Source: Minisyncoccia bacterium (GTDB lineage: Bacteria; Patescibacteriota; Minisyncoccia; Phycocordibacterales; CSBR16-119). Taken from it: 64,000 nucleotides of DNA. The position numbers were made by a program, and so were the translations under genes. The stretch's first letter is position 1; each line of letters starts with the position of its first letter. A model generated the notes under the pieces. It was not told the origin of the DNA and made no database searches. It saw only the letters and a program-made list of their open reading frames with translations. This document shows, piece after piece, positions 21,165 to 30,708 of this stretch. The DNA is taken from positions 8,911-72,910 of the forward strand of contig JBLHJW010000001.1 in assembly GCA_047619465.1 (NCBI GenBank), read 5' to 3'.

Positions 21165-23270
21165 CTATTCGTACTGAGCCAGCACAGCTGCCGCAGTCTT
21201 TGCTGTTGGAGCAAAGTCATAGGCAATCTTTGCAAGCCGATATGCTTCTTCTCTGTTCCCCATAGAATTCTCAACAGAAGCCAGCGTCCAGTAGCCAAGC
21301 TGATGCTCTGGACTTATCTCTATAGCAAGACTTGCATATCTATGTGCTTTTTCTACATACAACTCTTTTGATTCTCCTTGAGCCATACCTGAACTAAACA
21401 GTGCCGTCCTGGCGATAGTCACACTTGTACGTAAATCATCTGGATGTATAACCATAGACTTTTCCATTTCCTCAATAAAAACATCTTGAACATGCATAAC
21501 ATTTTCAGGGTATCTCGCTATTATCTGAGGGAATTGCACAATTTGGCCTCTCCACATTTCGGCGAGAAGTTTTATCTTTTCTGTCTCTCCAACTCTACTG
21601 CTTTGAACTTTAGAGATCAGTCTGTCCGTTGCTTCTGCAGAGGTTATAAACTCACCTTTAGAAAAGTTTATTGTTGCATTAGATGAGCCGTATGGAATGA
21701 ATACAAAAAATATCAAGCAAGCCAGCAGGCCAAATCCAGCTACAGATTGACCCACCCCCTCTTTCCAAAATTTTCCTGGAGCCTGGATTTCCTTTCCTCC
21801 TCGGCTTGCAACAAAAGCAAAAATTAAAGTAAACAACTGATATGTTGTAACAGTGTCAAACACTGTTAGGTTCTGAAGCAGGTGAATAATCAAAAGAACT
21901 GATGGAATAAAACTCTCCCAGAAATCTGCCTCACCTCTTCGATACCTCCTCCACAAGAAAATCAGTGCCAACACATACATTGAAGCAAACGACAGTGCCC
22001 CCAGAGATCCTGTTGTAGCCAGAATCTCATAACCAACACTGTGAGCTTTGTCCATCCAGTCATCCCCACCAAACTCAGCGGTAAGAAACTCTGGCTGATA
22101 AAAATCTTGATAAACATAGGTAAAGGTCCCTATCCCATAGCCAAGTAAAGGTCTAGTCTTCCAAGCGCTCACAGCACTCTCCCAAACCAAGACCCTAGAC
22201 TTCGACGCCTGAGCTGAAAGAAAATTTCTAACGGGAGAATTTGAAATAAAGAACATCACGACCGTCGAAAGAAAAACAATCGCAGTCAAAATAAGTAGAA
22301 TTTTTGAAGCTTGTTTAATAAACTTCTTTTTTGTATAAACAAAGCATCCTCCTAGAGCCATAGCGCCCATTCCCAGATAAAGAGAAATACTAGCGGCTCT
22401 AGCCTGACCAAGAATCAGTAACGGGTTTTTAAAGATATCAAAAAATCCATTTTTGCCATTCCATATCCTAGCCCCAAAGAATATAGGAGTTATAAAAATT
22501 GTTATCATCATGATGGCTAAAACACCTCTACTCTTATATTCTTCAATCCATAGATAGGCCATTAAGAAGAAACTTATCAACAAATATGAACCAGCAAAGG
22601 AAGTATTCCCGATGAGAGATCCTGCTCCCTTAGAAATGTCCATAAGGCCAAATCCGTCGCTACCTAGAATAGCAATCGAGGCTATTATCGTTGCCGAAAT
22701 ACTATTGGACCAAAAAACCTCTAACCAGTCTCTCTTGTCTTTAAAAACAGAACTTGCAACAACAAACAAAGCTCCCAAGTGAAGCCATGTCAGAGCTCCG
22801 TTCATTCTTTCAAAATTGGACCAGAATGAAAGGGATGGATCTACACTGAAAAAAGAAGACAGTAAAACCACAAAGATAAATATCAGGAAACTACCGGAGA
22901 CAACATTTAACCTAAAAACAACCTCCTTTTTAACAAGAAAAGCATACAACCAAAGAAAGAAGACGATCTCAATAAACAAATAGATGACCAACGTCTTAAA
23001 AGATATAAAAGGATATAGCGTGCTTTTTGCTATATAGGTAATAGGCAATAAAAAAACAGACCAAGATATCAATCTTTTGATCCATGTTGATAGTGTTGAG
23101 TTCGATGTCTGAAAAGCCATATATTCACGTGCAAAAATTGCAAAAACGTAGTATACATAGGATATCATGAAAACCTGGAAAATCATCATTCTGGCAATTG
23201 GAGACCTGGTTGCGGCATATGCATCACTATTTTTAATGCTTAAAATTTCTTTCGGAGAAAAACAAGGCAC
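21165..23270 (-). CDS. O-antigen ligase (Wzy_C) domain membrane protein with C-terminal TPR repeats (WaaL/Wzy/PglL-like)
   Basis: 701 aa with ≥10 TM helices. Wzy_C hallmark …SRVLVWESAVSAWKTRPLLGYGIGTF… and a C-terminal TPR region (…EISPEHQLGYWTLASVENSMGNREEAYRLAKIAY…). Start is uncertain: the longest ORF overlaps the divergent wbaP-like start, and internal Mets at ~23168/23120 are more likely. Confidence 0.6.
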   Translation of the reverse strand: MPCFSPKEILSIKNSDAYAATRSPIARMMIFQVFMISYVYYVFAIFAREYMAFQTSNSTLSTWIKRLISWSVFLLPITYIAKSTLYPFISFKTLVIYLFIEIVFFLWLYAFLVKKEVVFRLNVVSGSFLIFIFVVLLSSFFSVDPSLSFWSNFERMNGALTWLHLGALFVVASSVFKDKRDWLEVFWSNSISATIIASIAILGSDGFGLMDISKGAGSLIGNTSFAGSYLLISFFLMAYLWIEEYKSRGVLAIMMITIFITPIFFGARIWNGKNGFFDIFKNPLLILGQARAASISLYLGMGAMALGGCFVYTKKKFIKQASKILLILTAIVFLSTVVMFFISNSPVRNFLSAQASKSRVLVWESAVSAWKTRPLLGYGIGTFTYVYQDFYQPEFLTAEFGGDDWMDKAHSVGYEILATTGSLGALSFASMYVLALIFLWRRYRRGEADFWESFIPSVLLIIHLLQNLTVFDTVTTYQLFTLIFAFVASRGGKEIQAPGKFWKEGVGQSVAGFGLLACLIFFVFIPYGSSNATINFSKGEFITSAEATDRLISKVQSSRVGETEKIKLLAEMWRGQIVQFPQIIARYPENVMHVQDVFIEEMEKSMVIHPDDLRTSVTIARTALFSSGMAQGESKELYVEKAHRYASLAIEISPEHQLGYWTLASVENSMGNREEAYRLAKIAYDFAPTAKTAAAVLAQYE

Positions 23271-24390
23271 TGCGGCGGAAGACCATATACTTCCCTTCTC
23301 TGTTATTTTTGGTATATGGATTATTGTTCTTTTTATTTTTGATCAGTATGACCCAATTGCTGGACGGCCAAAAGTCTACAACATGAAACGCCTTGGATAT
23401 GCTTTAACAACTGCTTTTTTTACTGGAACAATTGTTTTCTACGTTGGACAATTTGGAATAAATCCAAAACTAAACCTTCTTCTAGTTTTTGTTTTTTTTG
23501 TTATTTTATATATTTCTTGGAGACGTATTGTTTTCAAACTACTAGGAGGCGCTTTTGTGGAGCGAGTCTATTTTCTAGATTCAAATGAATATGTGTCTAT
23601 ACTCAAATCAACAATCAAAGGAAATCCTCAGCTTGGATATGCCCTTGTTGAAACTGAAAGTGAATCAGATATAGTCATCTCTAAAATACCATTTTCACGA
23701 GGGAAAAAACTACTATCTCTTGCGGGTGCATATGAGAGTATAATGCAAAAAATACCAGTTGATATAGCTGAAAAAACTCTTGGCTATCAAATAGAATCTC
23801 GCCAAGAAAATATACTAGGAGTCTTTCTAAAAAGATCTTTTGACATTGTTTTCTCTCTTACGGCTTTAGCTGCAACATCTTGGCTGTGGCCAATCATAAT
23901 AGCTGGAATAAAGTTAGACGATCGAGGTCCTGTGCTATACACACACAAAAGAGTTGGACTTGATAACAAACCTTTCTCTTTTATCAAATTCAGGTCCATG
24001 AAAGTTGACGCAGAAAAAGACGGCGCAGTCTGGGCAGAAAAGGAAGACTCTAGAGTTACAAAATTTGGACGGTTCTTACGAAAAAGCCATCTAGATGAAA
24101 TCCCTCAAATGATCAATGTCCTCCGTGGAGATATGTCTGTTGTTGGACCCAGACCTGAGCGACCAGAATTTGTCTCGCAGCTAGAGGAAGAAATACCTTT
24201 GTATGACCTGCGACACATTATCAAACCCGGGTTTACTGGATGGGCTCAAATAAAGTACCGTTATGCTAGAACAGTCTCTGAGTCAAAAGAGAAATTTGAG
24301 TACGATCTATACTACATAAAGAACAAAAGTTTCATTCTTGATATGGGTGTAATGCTTAAAACAGTCCAGATTGTTGTGACTCATTTATAA
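23167..24390 (+). CDS. polyprenyl-phosphate glycosylphosphotransferase (WbaP/CpsE-like initiating sugar transferase, Bac_transf family)
   Basis: 407 aa. N-terminal TM block, then a C-terminal domain …DIVFSLTALAATSWLWPIIIAGIKLDDRGPVLYTHKRVGLDNKPFSFIKFRSMKVDAE…PRPERPEF… typical of the family. Confidence 0.8.
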   Translation: MKTWKIIILAIGDLVAAYASLFLMLKISFGEKQGTAAEDHILPFSVIFGIWIIVLFIFDQYDPIAGRPKVYNMKRLGYALTTAFFTGTIVFYVGQFGINPKLNLLLVFVFFVILYISWRRIVFKLLGGAFVERVYFLDSNEYVSILKSTIKGNPQLGYALVETESESDIVISKIPFSRGKKLLSLAGAYESIMQKIPVDIAEKTLGYQIESRQENILGVFLKRSFDIVFSLTALAATSWLWPIIIAGIKLDDRGPVLYTHKRVGLDNKPFSFIKFRSMKVDAEKDGAVWAEKEDSRVTKFGRFLRKSHLDEIPQMINVLRGDMSVVGPRPERPEFVSQLEEEIPLYDLRHIIKPGFTGWAQIKYRYARTVSESKEKFEYDLYYIKNKSFILDMGVMLKTVQIVVTHL

Positions 24391-24465
24391 GTAAGTTAAT
24401 CTACATAAGATTGAAACCCATAATCTTTTTTGTCGTTTCGAATATCTTTACATTAGAATAATCCA

Positions 24466-24645
24466 CTTGTCTTTGAGAACGCAGTGCGACTTTATCCCGT
24501 TAGAGCAAAGCGAGTTATAGGATAAGAAGTACTCTTGTGGTGAAGCAATCCAGTCTTACCTACTAGACCTAAGTGTTTTTGCACGAATCAAAGCAATTTT
24601 TGTCATTGCAAGGCACGAAGCAATCCAGAATTAATAACTTTTATT
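24466..24645. repeat. copy/fragments of the dispersed hairpin repeat family (core CTGGATTGCTTCG…CTCGCAATGAC), inverted relative to the other loci
   Basis: GTCATTGCAAGGCACGAAGCAATCCAG at 24605-24631 is the rc of the core. A partial GGTGAAGCAATCCAG and a GCAAAGCGAGT…AGTACTCTT block (related to 21100-21127) are also present. Confidence 0.55.
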
Positions 24646-24656
24646 AATAGTTTAGG

Positions 24657-25760
24657 CTACAGAGATTTATAAACCTCTGTAGTTTTTTTGATCATTTTTT
24701 CAAAAGAATATTTTTCTTCGACATGTTTTCTGAAAGAAACACCTAGGGAGTTTCTCCTGTCTTTATTATTCAAAAGATCTTTTATAGCCTTATTTAGAGT
24801 GGCTGGATCCTTTGATGGAACTAGGACTCCACTCCTAATCAGGATCTCTGAGACTCCCCCAACATCTGTCGCAACCGTAGGGATTCCTAGCTGGCCAGCT
24901 TCAAGAAGAACATATGGTAGCCCTTCCTTTATGGATGGTAGAACAAATACATCAAAAGCCTTCATGTACTTTGCTCCATCTGGAACAAAGCCTAAAAGAA
25001 ATACTTTATCTTCCATCTTCAGAGCTTCTACTTGGTTTAAAATCTCTTTTCTTAGTTCTCCATCACTCATCAAGACAAGATAGCAATCTAAATCTTTTAT
25101 TGCTTCAACTAAATACTTATGCCCTTTGTTTGAATGAAGCTCTGCATTTACCCCAACCCAAAGCTTGTCTGTTGGAATCTTTTTAAACTTCTGAAGCTCT
25201 TCTTTTGCGGCACTAGGATCAAAAGGGTTTTCAATAATGACTCCATGTGGAATATATACTATTTTCTTAGAAACAAAAGGCAGAGCCTTTCCTTTTTTCT
25301 CATCATCTATAGATGGAACTATTACAACGTGAGAAAGAATTGCAGTGAACCAACTGAATAAATAAATCAAGCTTTTAACGAAAATATTTTTGTCTTCTTT
25401 AAATGGCCATCCATGTGCTGTAAAGACAATTTTCTTTACACCTAGAATTCTCCCAGCAAAAGCCCCCAGCCCTCCAAGCTTCGAACTATTCACGTGAATA
25501 ATGTCTGGTTTTTCTTTTTTAATAATCTGAAAAATCTCGGAGAAAAGCCGGAATTCCTTCACCATGGAAATATCTCTCTCGGAGTTGATTAGCTTGCCCT
25601 GGTTAATAGCCTTGCTTCCAAGCTCATCTTGGAGGCGGCCTGTCCCACCAGAATATACAGATACATCAAATCCAGCACCATCCATAGAAAGAGCCAGATC
25701 ATACACATACTTCTGTGCCCCACCCCAATTTGATTTTGTAATAAAATAGATTATTTTCAT
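24657..25760 (-). CDS. glycosyltransferase family 4 (GT-B, 'group 1')
   Basis: 367 aa. N-terminal MKIIYFITKSNWGGAQKYV…, and a C-terminal EGLPYVLLEAGQLGIPTVATDVGG (E-x7-E-like motif). Confidence 0.75.
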   Translation of the reverse strand: MKIIYFITKSNWGGAQKYVYDLALSMDGAGFDVSVYSGGTGRLQDELGSKAINQGKLINSERDISMVKEFRLFSEIFQIIKKEKPDIIHVNSSKLGGLGAFAGRILGVKKIVFTAHGWPFKEDKNIFVKSLIYLFSWFTAILSHVVIVPSIDDEKKGKALPFVSKKIVYIPHGVIIENPFDPSAAKEELQKFKKIPTDKLWVGVNAELHSNKGHKYLVEAIKDLDCYLVLMSDGELRKEILNQVEALKMEDKVFLLGFVPDGAKYMKAFDVFVLPSIKEGLPYVLLEAGQLGIPTVATDVGGVSEILIRSGVLVPSKDPATLNKAIKDLLNNKDRRNSLGVSFRKHVEEKYSFEKMIKKTTEVYKSL

Positions 25761-25776
25761 GATAGGTTCAAGTAAA

Positions 25777-26634
25777 CTAAAATATCTTTTTCCATATTAA
25801 AGCAAAGCCTCTATGTGTCATCCTAAAAATAAAGAAATTTCTTGTCACAATAAACTCTGCGATCAATCTCCCAAAATAAACCCAGAAATATATGTTTCGC
25901 CAATAGTTATTTATACTAACGAATAGAGCAGGAATAAAATTTTCTGCATATATTTTTATTTTCCCATACCTTTTATGTAAATCTAATCTGTCAGTATAAT
26001 AAGTATAAAGAACCTCTTCTAATACATCAAAAATATACCCCTCATTAATTAATGTTAAGAACAAGACAAGATCCTCTGGTCTATACATGACCGGGTATAA
26101 ATGACTATCAAAAACCTCTCGTCTTACCATCATTGTGGGGTGTAACATCATAGACTTGGTAAAGAAATTTTTTGTTATTTCTTTGTAATATATCCTTTTT
26201 GGCTTCCTTTGTACAACACGACCGTCTTCCGAAACCTCTTCCCACCATGTGAACAATAGATCTACATTTTTGTTACTCTCCAAAAAATTAATCTGCTTTG
26301 CAAGTTTATCAGAAAAATGACACTCATCATCAGCATCCATTCTTGAAATATATTTACCCTTAGCAACCTTAAGGGCATTATTAAGAGAATCACCTAGACC
26401 AACATTTTTTATATTTTGAATTATTTTCACCCTGCCATCCCCATCAGACAATTCTCTGATTTTTTTCAAAGCAGGAGTGTTCAATGGGTTATCTAAAACA
26501 ATAATAAACTCAAAATCTACGTAACTCTGGTCTAAAACACCGGAGATGGCGCTCTCTATTTGAGTGATATTTTCTTTGTAAACGGCCATGATTACCGAGA
26601 CGACAGGCTTGTTCATATACATGGTATTATACAT
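25777..26634 (-). CDS. glycosyltransferase family 2
   Basis: 285 aa. VSVIMAVYKE…LDQSY…FEFIIVLDN…RMDADD (DxD), the GT-A fold signature. Confidence 0.75.
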   Translation of the reverse strand: MYNTMYMNKPVVSVIMAVYKENITQIESAISGVLDQSYVDFEFIIVLDNPLNTPALKKIRELSDGDGRVKIIQNIKNVGLGDSLNNALKVAKGKYISRMDADDECHFSDKLAKQINFLESNKNVDLLFTWWEEVSEDGRVVQRKPKRIYYKEITKNFFTKSMMLHPTMMVRREVFDSHLYPVMYRPEDLVLFLTLINEGYIFDVLEEVLYTYYTDRLDLHKRYGKIKIYAENFIPALFVSINNYWRNIYFWVYFGRLIAEFIVTRNFFIFRMTHRGFALIWKKIF

Positions 26635-26653
26635 CAGGTAAGAATATACTCAT

Positions 26654-27508
26654 ATGAAAAATAACATTCCTAAAAAAATATGGATATTATGGCTACAAGG
26701 CTGGGAAAATGCACCAGAGATTGTAAAGGAATGCCGAAAATCATGGGAGAAACTCAATCCAGATTGGGAGGTTGTAGCGCTTGATAATATTACTCTCTCA
26801 CAATATATTGATAGTGAAGAGTATTTAAACAACCCTAAGATTCCACCTCAGGCACTATCAGATATTATCAGAATACTTCTTCTAAAAAAACATGGTGGTG
26901 TCTGGGCAGATGCGAGTGTCTTCTGCTCAAAACCCCTTAATGAATGGGTTTATGATCATACCCCAAGGGGCTTTTTTGCATTTTCCAAGCCTGGTCCTTA
27001 TTATGACAAACTAACATCAAGCTGGTTTCTTGTCTCTGAGAAAAATAATATTGTTATTAGTGAATGGTTGATGGAAACCAAACTGTTTTGGAGCAAAGGC
27101 CCGGTTGCACCCGCAACAATAACTAAAACGTATCATAAACTATCTCACATCTTGATAATGCTTAGGCAATCTTGGGTTCTTAAGAAAAGTCAATTTTTTC
27201 TAAAAAAATCTCTGGGACTATTTCCATATTTCTGGTTTCATTATATTTTTGATAAACTATATGCAAGGAACAAGGAAGTTAAAAAAATATGGGATTATAC
27301 TCCGCATATTAGCGCTGATGGGCCTCATAAACTTATTTTTTATGGACTTGAAAAAGACACTACAAAAGAAATTCTCTCGTTTATCAATAGTAATGAGTCT
27401 TTTGTACACAAACTCTCTTGGCGTACAGACATTACACGTGAAGATCTAAAGAATTCTTCTGTAAATATTTTAATAGACACTACGAAGAATAAATATTCAT
27501 TTTACTAA
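26654..27508 (+). CDS. GT32-like / capsular-polysaccharide-synthesis-type glycosyltransferase (DXD sugar-binding family)
   Basis: 284 aa. IPKKIWILWLQGWENAP…C..SWEKLNPDWEVVALDN… and HGGVWADASVFC, matching Gly_transf_sug/Caps_synth-type motifs. Confidence 0.55.
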   Translation: MKNNIPKKIWILWLQGWENAPEIVKECRKSWEKLNPDWEVVALDNITLSQYIDSEEYLNNPKIPPQALSDIIRILLLKKHGGVWADASVFCSKPLNEWVYDHTPRGFFAFSKPGPYYDKLTSSWFLVSEKNNIVISEWLMETKLFWSKGPVAPATITKTYHKLSHILIMLRQSWVLKKSQFFLKKSLGLFPYFWFHYIFDKLYARNKEVKKIWDYTPHISADGPHKLIFYGLEKDTTKEILSFINSNESFVHKLSWRTDITREDLKNSSVNILIDTTKNKYSFY

Positions 27509-27510
27509 AC

Positions 27511-28287
27511 ATGAAAGAAAAAATAAGAGATGAAATATTAAATCATAAGAGAATCGCAAGAATCATATTCCCAATATATGTTTTTCTCTCATACCCGATT
27601 AAATTAGTTATATACGGAGCCGGTGACCCTCCAGCATATTTTATTTTTAAAAAGAGCAAGTTAATTTATCTAGTGAACTCGAAAGTTGCACAGACAGCAA
27701 TAACAAACACATGCGGAAACAAGAACAAAACTGAGTATTCAGGTATCGAAGAAAAGAATCTTGGAGAGAATAAAGATAAACTTAGTAAAAATGAAGAAGA
27801 TTACTATTCTTTTACTTTTGTAAGAAACCCTTTTGAAAGACTCTACTCCTGCTATAAATCAAAATATATAGCAGATAAAGAACGATACAAAAAACCGTTC
27901 CTCGATTTTGATTTCTATCTATTAGGATATCTAAAAAAAGACACTGGATTTGAAAACTTTGTAAAACGAGCGATGAGAGTGCCTCACTTTTTAGCAGACA
28001 GGCACTTTAAGTCCCAATACACTCTTATTAAGGAAGAAAGCAGACTAAAGATCGACTACATAGGCAGGTATGAAAGTATTAGTGATGATTTTAAAAAAAT
28101 ACAAGACCGTTTTAACCTTGAAACTCTTCCCCTCCTAAACAAATCAGGTAGCAACACCTGGAGAGATTTCTACACAAAAGATTTAGTGTCCATTGTTTCT
28201 GAATTTTATAAGGAAGATCTAAAGGAGTGGTACCCAAGTGCAGAAAGTGAATTAATTGAATATATATCAAAAAAGAAACCTAGCTAG
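27511..28287 (+). CDS. sulfotransferase-family protein (carbohydrate sulfotransferase-like), paralog 1
   Basis: 258 aa. 5'-PSB-like NSKVAQTAI and 3'-PB-like FTFVRNPFERLYSCY (RNPxxRxxS). Paralogous to 28280..29011. Confidence 0.5.
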   Translation: MKEKIRDEILNHKRIARIIFPIYVFLSYPIKLVIYGAGDPPAYFIFKKSKLIYLVNSKVAQTAITNTCGNKNKTEYSGIEEKNLGENKDKLSKNEEDYYSFTFVRNPFERLYSCYKSKYIADKERYKKPFLDFDFYLLGYLKKDTGFENFVKRAMRVPHFLADRHFKSQYTLIKEESRLKIDYIGRYESISDDFKKIQDRFNLETLPLLNKSGSNTWRDFYTKDLVSIVSEFYKEDLKEWYPSAESELIEYISKKKPS

Positions 28288-29011
28288 GTTTCTTTTTTTC
28301 TAAATAAGCCATCAATTTTTTATACTCTCCTTCATAGCCAAGCATCTCAAAATCTTTCTTGTATCGCTTATACACAATACCTGCAAGCTCCTTTGTGTAG
28401 AAACATCTCCAGTCCCCTTTTTGGGTGTCATGTATATGAGGCAAAGAAAGCAGGTCAAAACTCTCCTGTATCCGTTTGAAATCACCCGCCAAATTCTCGT
28501 AGTGACCAAGGTAATCGTATAGTGGCTTTCTTCTTAGAAAAAGAATGTCTTGCTGTGACTGGAAATGTTGATCCGAAAAAAAGTCTGGAATTTTGGCAAT
28601 CTTTTTTACAAAAGACTCAAAGGTTTCATCTTTTTCAATTGTTGCGAAGCCATAATAATTTCTCCTAAGGGCAATTTTGCTTTTTTCAATTTTGTGAATA
28701 TAGCAAGATGCTATCCTGTCAAATGGATTTCTTACAAAAGTAAACTTAAAGAAATCCTTTTTCTGCTTCCTTGTTAAAAAAGGCCGGTTCAACTTTCTAC
28801 TGACCTGCTTATGTGTGCGGTCTTCACCAACAGAATCCAAACTATCTGCAAAAGACTCCTTAATGGAAGAACATCCAGTCTTTGGAACAACTATATAGAC
28901 TAACTTTTTTTTATTCTCAATAATAAAATTTGTAAGACTAAAGTTGTCATGATACAATCGAATCATCAAACTTCTAATAATCCTAACAATTGGGTTATTT
29001 CTTTTTTTCAT
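28280..29011 (-). CDS. sulfotransferase-family protein (carbohydrate sulfotransferase-like), paralog 2
   Basis: 243 aa. 5'-PSB VVPKTGCSSI and 3'-PB FTFVRNPFDRIASCY; the PAPS-binding motif pair is clearer here than in paralog 1. Confidence 0.55.
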   Translation of the reverse strand: MKKRNNPIVRIIRSLMIRLYHDNFSLTNFIIENKKKLVYIVVPKTGCSSIKESFADSLDSVGEDRTHKQVSRKLNRPFLTRKQKKDFFKFTFVRNPFDRIASCYIHKIEKSKIALRRNYYGFATIEKDETFESFVKKIAKIPDFFSDQHFQSQQDILFLRRKPLYDYLGHYENLAGDFKRIQESFDLLSLPHIHDTQKGDWRCFYTKELAGIVYKRYKKDFEMLGYEGEYKKLMAYLEKKKPS

Positions 29012-30272
29012 GATTTAGATACTTTAACATTATTATTTGGACAACAATAGCAATTACAAATTCTGTTGGCAAAGCAAGGGAAATCACAAGGTTTTTATTT
29101 TCAGAATGATATGATAGCAAGAAAAAAGTTACAACAAAAGCGACCAACCCTACAGTCCGATAGAAATACATAATCTTAATCTGTTTGGTTGCAACAAACA
29201 ACTGATCAAGCAAGTTTCGAATTGGGGCAAGGAATATTAAAGAACCCAGAAAAATGCTGGGAAGAACAAAATCAGTGTACTCAGGAAAAAAATGCCTAAT
29301 TAGAGATCCTGAGATCAATGTATAAAAAACAAAAATTGCGAACAGAAAAATAAAATAAGCAAATATTTTTTTGTAAAAAATTATTCTTTCAGATGTAAGA
29401 CTCCAGTCTTTCCCAGCAAGTTTTGGCAAGGATAGCTGTGTGACAAAACCTGTCAAACCTCTAATAGCATTGGGAAAAGCGAGGGCTACAACATATCCAG
29501 CAAGCATTACTGGGCCTAAGAAGTGCCAGACCATAAGCTTATCCATTTGATCAGATACTGTAGTCAGAACCCCCGTTAATGATAGTTTTTTTCCATAAGA
29601 AATAACTTCTTTGGTTTGGATCTCATCATATCTCTCATCAATTTTCTTGGCGGTCATTTTAAAAAGGGCGCTTCTTGAGATTAATTGCCCAAGGAAAAAT
29701 GCAAGAACCACAGCAAGTACATTATCTGTAAACAACACCGCAAGAATCACAAATAATGATTGAACCATAAGCCCACCAATCTGGTATATAGAAAATAGCT
29801 TAAAATTCTTTTTTCCTCTATAGTAGGCCGTATACAGGTGTAAAGATTCAATAAACGGAAGCAGAGGAGAAACTAATAGAAAAACAAGGCCAAGAGTCTG
29901 ATTGCTTCTTATGAAGTAATAGAGTGATAATCCAAGGGCAACTAAAAAACCAATAAAGCTCCATTTTATACGCTTTTTAACAACCCTCCAAAGTGAAACT
30001 TTCTCGTTTTTTGAAAATGCCAAGGTTATAGCATTATCCATTCCAGGAAGTGAGAATATGAAAAGGAGAGAGATTGTTGAAATAACATATTTATAAACAC
30101 CAAAATCCTCCTTAGAAAGATGGGTTGTCAAAAATAAAGTAACAACAAAGCCTATAGCAGCCGCAGCCGCTTTAAAAAGCATTAACCAAAAACCACCCTG
30201 AGCAATATATGTCATATCTGTTTTTGTATATTTCTCTGTAAATTTTAATGCTTTTTTAATTTTTTCTAACAT
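28995..30272 (-). CDS. oligosaccharide/O-antigen flippase (Wzx, MOP superfamily)
   Basis: ~425 aa with ~12 TM helices in the typical Wzx arrangement. The start is taken at MLEKIKKALKF (30272); the track's longer N-terminus overlaps the gmd remnant. Confidence 0.7.
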   Translation of the reverse strand: MLEKIKKALKFTEKYTKTDMTYIAQGGFWLMLFKAAAAAIGFVVTLFLTTHLSKEDFGVYKYVISTISLLFIFSLPGMDNAITLAFSKNEKVSLWRVVKKRIKWSFIGFLVALGLSLYYFIRSNQTLGLVFLLVSPLLPFIESLHLYTAYYRGKKNFKLFSIYQIGGLMVQSLFVILAVLFTDNVLAVVLAFFLGQLISRSALFKMTAKKIDERYDEIQTKEVISYGKKLSLTGVLTTVSDQMDKLMVWHFLGPVMLAGYVVALAFPNAIRGLTGFVTQLSLPKLAGKDWSLTSERIIFYKKIFAYFIFLFAIFVFYTLISGSLIRHFFPEYTDFVLPSIFLGSLIFLAPIRNLLDQLFVATKQIKIMYFYRTVGLVAFVVTFFLLSYHSENKNLVISLALPTEFVIAIVVQIIMLKYLNHEKKK

Positions 30273-30295
30273 AATCTTTCTGTATATTAAAATAA

Positions 30296-30537
30296 GACTC
30301 AACTTTAATTATGTTCGTAGGACCTATCAGTTTTCCATAGTGAAACATGTGACTCTTGTCTTTTTTATTATGATATTAATACAAGTATTCAACACGTGTG
30401 ATATTGAAGAATGAGAACCATCTCTTGGGCCCATTAACCTCTTATCATTTACTTACAAGGGGTTCAGCTAGATATGAGCCATCCTGGCCTGTTATACCGG
30501 TTATTAGGGCTATTTTATTGTTTTCTGGTTGTTCCAT
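30296..30537 (-). pseudogene. gmd: decayed N-terminal remnant of GDP-mannose 4,6-dehydratase (gmd)
   Basis: Minus-strand translation from the ATG at 30537 gives [80 protein letters not shown]…. This is collinear with Gmd ([48 protein letters not shown]…FHLHYGDLSD…), but in-frame TGA and TAA replace the GY dipeptide and a further TAA follows. Only ~80 codons remain. Confidence 0.55.
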
Positions 30538-30677
30538 ATTGATCAAAGTCTCCTTTATTTATTAATTATATCTCATATTATACCACCTGAAAGCGATCGT
30601 AAAGGATCCGAGAAAATAAAAAACCCTGTCTCTAAAAATTAAGACACTGAAACCTCTTTAATTTAGTGAAATAATTA

Positions 30678-30706
30678 AAAAAACCGAACATAACTGTCCG
30701 GTTTTC
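30678..30706 (-). terminator. weak intrinsic terminator downstream of the collagen-like gene
   Basis: Imperfect hairpin CCGGACAG-TTA-TGTTCGG followed by TTTTTTT on the minus strand. Confidence 0.4.
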
Positions 30707-30708
30707 TC

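Noticed and set aside
23166-23169. True 2-nt overlap of divergent start codons (Wzy_C gene on minus, WbaP-like on plus, sharing ATCATGA).
   Set aside because: This would place each promoter inside the other gene. It is more likely that the Wzy_C protein starts at a downstream Met (~23120). It is noted only as start-site uncertainty.
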